A stretch of 64,000 nucleotides of DNA from an uncultured Bacillaceae bacterium (GTDB lineage Bacteria > Bacillota > Bacilli > Bacillales > Cytobacillaceae). Shown in pieces: positions 62,331 to 64,000 of this stretch. The stretch is taken from positions 33,676 to 97,675 of the forward strand of contig CAVXVN010000013.1 in NCBI GenBank assembly GCA_963765265.1. The letters run 5' to 3'. The position numbers and the translations under genes are program-made. The notes beneath the pieces are model-generated. The model was not told the origin of the DNA, searched no databases, and saw only the letters and a program-made list of their open reading frames with translations. The first letter of the stretch is position 1, and each line of letters opens with the position of its first letter.

Positions 62331-63766
62331 GGGAAGTAGCCGGGTATATTCCTGAAATCGGAGAAGAGGAATTTGAACAGAAGATTTTAAAGTTTCAGGA
62401 TTTAGAAGTGGAGATCCCGCTGCTTACTAAGAAGCAAATGAATAAGGTCATTGAAACGGTCAAAAAGGGCAGTGCTGAAACATTAAAATCACTCACCGTA
62501 TCAGAGATTGTGAACATCATCGATAAAGTGACGGACCGATTACTCGATCGAAGTTCATCCTATCGCCAAAAAGCGGAAAAGCTGTTACCGATCGTGACAG
62601 GCTATGATGAAGAAATGATTCGACTTGCTCTTACTTCTTATTTAAAATCGTTTCGTAAGCATGAGCTTCAGCGTTTTCTTGTGGAGGACTTAGGTAATCC
62701 TTTAATGCTCGATGACTTCCAGCCGCGCGTAAAAGGAGGGTTCTCAAAAGCAGTGGGACCAGATCTCATTACTCATGTTTGGTCAGGGAATGTTCCGGCA
62801 TTGCCTCTATGGAGTTTCATATCCGGTCTCTTAGTAAAAGCAGGAAACATCGGAAAAGTATCGAGTGCCGAGCCTCTTTTTGCCGGCTGGTTTGCGCGTC
62901 TTTTAGTAGAAGTAGAACCGAGATTAGCAAATTGCTTCGCGGTTGTGTGGTGGAAAGGCGGCGATGAAGAGCGAGAGAATTCTCTATTTGAACAATCTAA
63001 CTTAGTAATCGGGTACGGTGGGAATCAGTCGTTGCAGTCGCTTCAAAGTCGTATTCCGATTACAACACGTTTTTTACCATTTGGTCATAAAGTTAGCTTT
63101 GGGATTGTTTCAAATGCAGCCCTTGATTCGCAAAAAGCATGGAGAACCGCCCATCAAGCTGCTCTTGATGTTGTTCGTTATGACCAGCAAGGCTGTTATT
63201 CACCTCATCTCTTTTATGTTCAAAACGGCGGAAAAGTATCTCCGCGAGAGTTTGCGCGGTATATGGCTACGGAGTTGGATAATTTCGGGAAAAAGTATCC
63301 GCGTCGAACTCTTTCAATGGAAGAGTCCGCGTCTTTAGCTTCATGGAGGCAAAAAGAAGAAATGAGCCTCTTTTCAAATCTTAACAAAGAGGTGCTTGGG
63401 AATTCAGCAAATGACTGGACGGTTGTTTATGAAGAGGAGAATGTAGACTTTACTCCAAGCCCTTTGAATCGAGCGATTCGAGTCATTGCCTTTGAAAAGA
63501 TCGAAGACATTCTTCCTTCTATTAAGCCTTACCGGTCTTTTCTACAAACGGTCGGAATGGCCACAAGCCCAAAGGAACTTTTTCAATGGGCTAAAAATTT
63601 AGGGGGGATCGGAGTGACACGTATTACGGCTTTAGGAAGTATGACTGCCCCCGAAGCTGGCTGGCATCATGACGGCCGCTTTAATCTATTGGATTTAATA
63701 AGCATGGTAGACATAGAATCCTCTGCTGAAGAGGATAGTGAACGATTTGCTCCTTATGTCGATTAG
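62327..63766 (+). CDS. LuxC-like acyl-CoA/acyl-protein reductase
   Basis: HVWSGNVP, KVSS, YGG, FGHKVSF, YDQQGCYSP catalytic Cys, WHHDG; ATGA-coupled to the luxE-like gene. Confidence 0.88.
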   Translation: MREVAGYIPEIGEEEFEQKILKFQDLEVEIPLLTKKQMNKVIETVKKGSAETLKSLTVSEIVNIIDKVTDRLLDRSSSYRQKAEKLLPIVTGYDEEMIRLALTSYLKSFRKHELQRFLVEDLGNPLMLDDFQPRVKGGFSKAVGPDLITHVWSGNVPALPLWSFISGLLVKAGNIGKVSSAEPLFAGWFARLLVEVEPRLANCFAVVWWKGGDEERENSLFEQSNLVIGYGGNQSLQSLQSRIPITTRFLPFGHKVSFGIVSNAALDSQKAWRTAHQAALDVVRYDQQGCYSPHLFYVQNGGKVSPREFARYMATELDNFGKKYPRRTLSMEESASLASWRQKEEMSLFSNLNKEVLGNSANDWTVVYEEENVDFTPSPLNRAIRVIAFEKIEDILPSIKPYRSFLQTVGMATSPKELFQWAKNLGGIGVTRITALGSMTAPEAGWHHDGRFNLLDLISMVDIESSAEEDSERFAPYVD

Positions 63767-63777
63767 GAGGGTTGATA

Positions 63778-64000
63778 ATGAGTTTTTTGACAATCGAAGA
63801 TGTGACCTATAGTTATCAAGGGGAAAATCCTGTGCTTCATGAAGTAAACTGGGAAATAAAAAAAGGGGAATTTCATTGTTTACTAGGAAAAAGCGGTTGT
63901 GGCAAAACGACGCTGTTAAAGCTTGCGGCAGGTTTGCTTCAATCTGATAAAGGAAGGATTCGTTTGCAGGGGAGTGAAGTAGTGAAGCCTTCTCCGGAAT
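63778..64000 (+). CDS. ABC transporter ATPase (NitT/TauT/ThiZ-like), truncated by window edge
   Basis: RBS AGGAGG; MSFLTIEDV..Walker A GKSGCGKTT. Confidence 0.8.
   Translation, partial: MSFLTIEDVTYSYQGENPVLHEVNWEIKKGEFHCLLGKSGCGKTTLLKLAAGLLQSDKGRIRLQGSEVVKPSPE

Noticed and set aside
61242-63766. Bioluminescence (lux) operon
   Set aside because: No luxA/luxB/luxD in the window, and the operon is under a TPP riboswitch with an ABC ATPase

Overview
AT-rich Bacillaceae-type chromosomal window with no rRNA, tRNA or CRISPR array detected. (1) About 1-36 kb is a catabolic island. It carries aliA/aliB/badH/badI/badK-like genes for cyclohexanecarboxylate-type ring cleavage, beta-oxidation genes, two etfBA copies plus fadF, a glutarate branch (thioesterase, glaH/csiD, lhgO), an aromatic-acid MFS transporter, a sigma54 enhancer-binding protein and its own rpoN copy. 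Six -24/-12 promoters each carry the same tripartite upstream motif at a near-fixed distance. Several island genes have single +1 insertions (sequencing error or decay). (2) 37.9-41.1 kb is an unusual TusA/DsrE/TusA-OsmC/core-MetE-like/OsmC cluster. (3) 42.6-46.2 kb is a co-oriented run of small genes separated by a conserved structured repeat, resembling a cassette array. (4) 47.8-56.2 kb holds TnrA-box-flanked purine catabolism genes (ade, guaD, pucABCDE-like, allantoinase remnant). (5) The rest includes ung, a phosphoesterase, a PAS kinase and EthD. At 61-64 kb a TPP riboswitch controls a LuxE-like/LuxC-like carboxylic-acid reductase pair and an ABC ATPase, a candidate undescribed thiamine-salvage system. 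Many fused gene remnants and IS scars are present. All calls come from reading the sequence and ORF track; no database searches were run.
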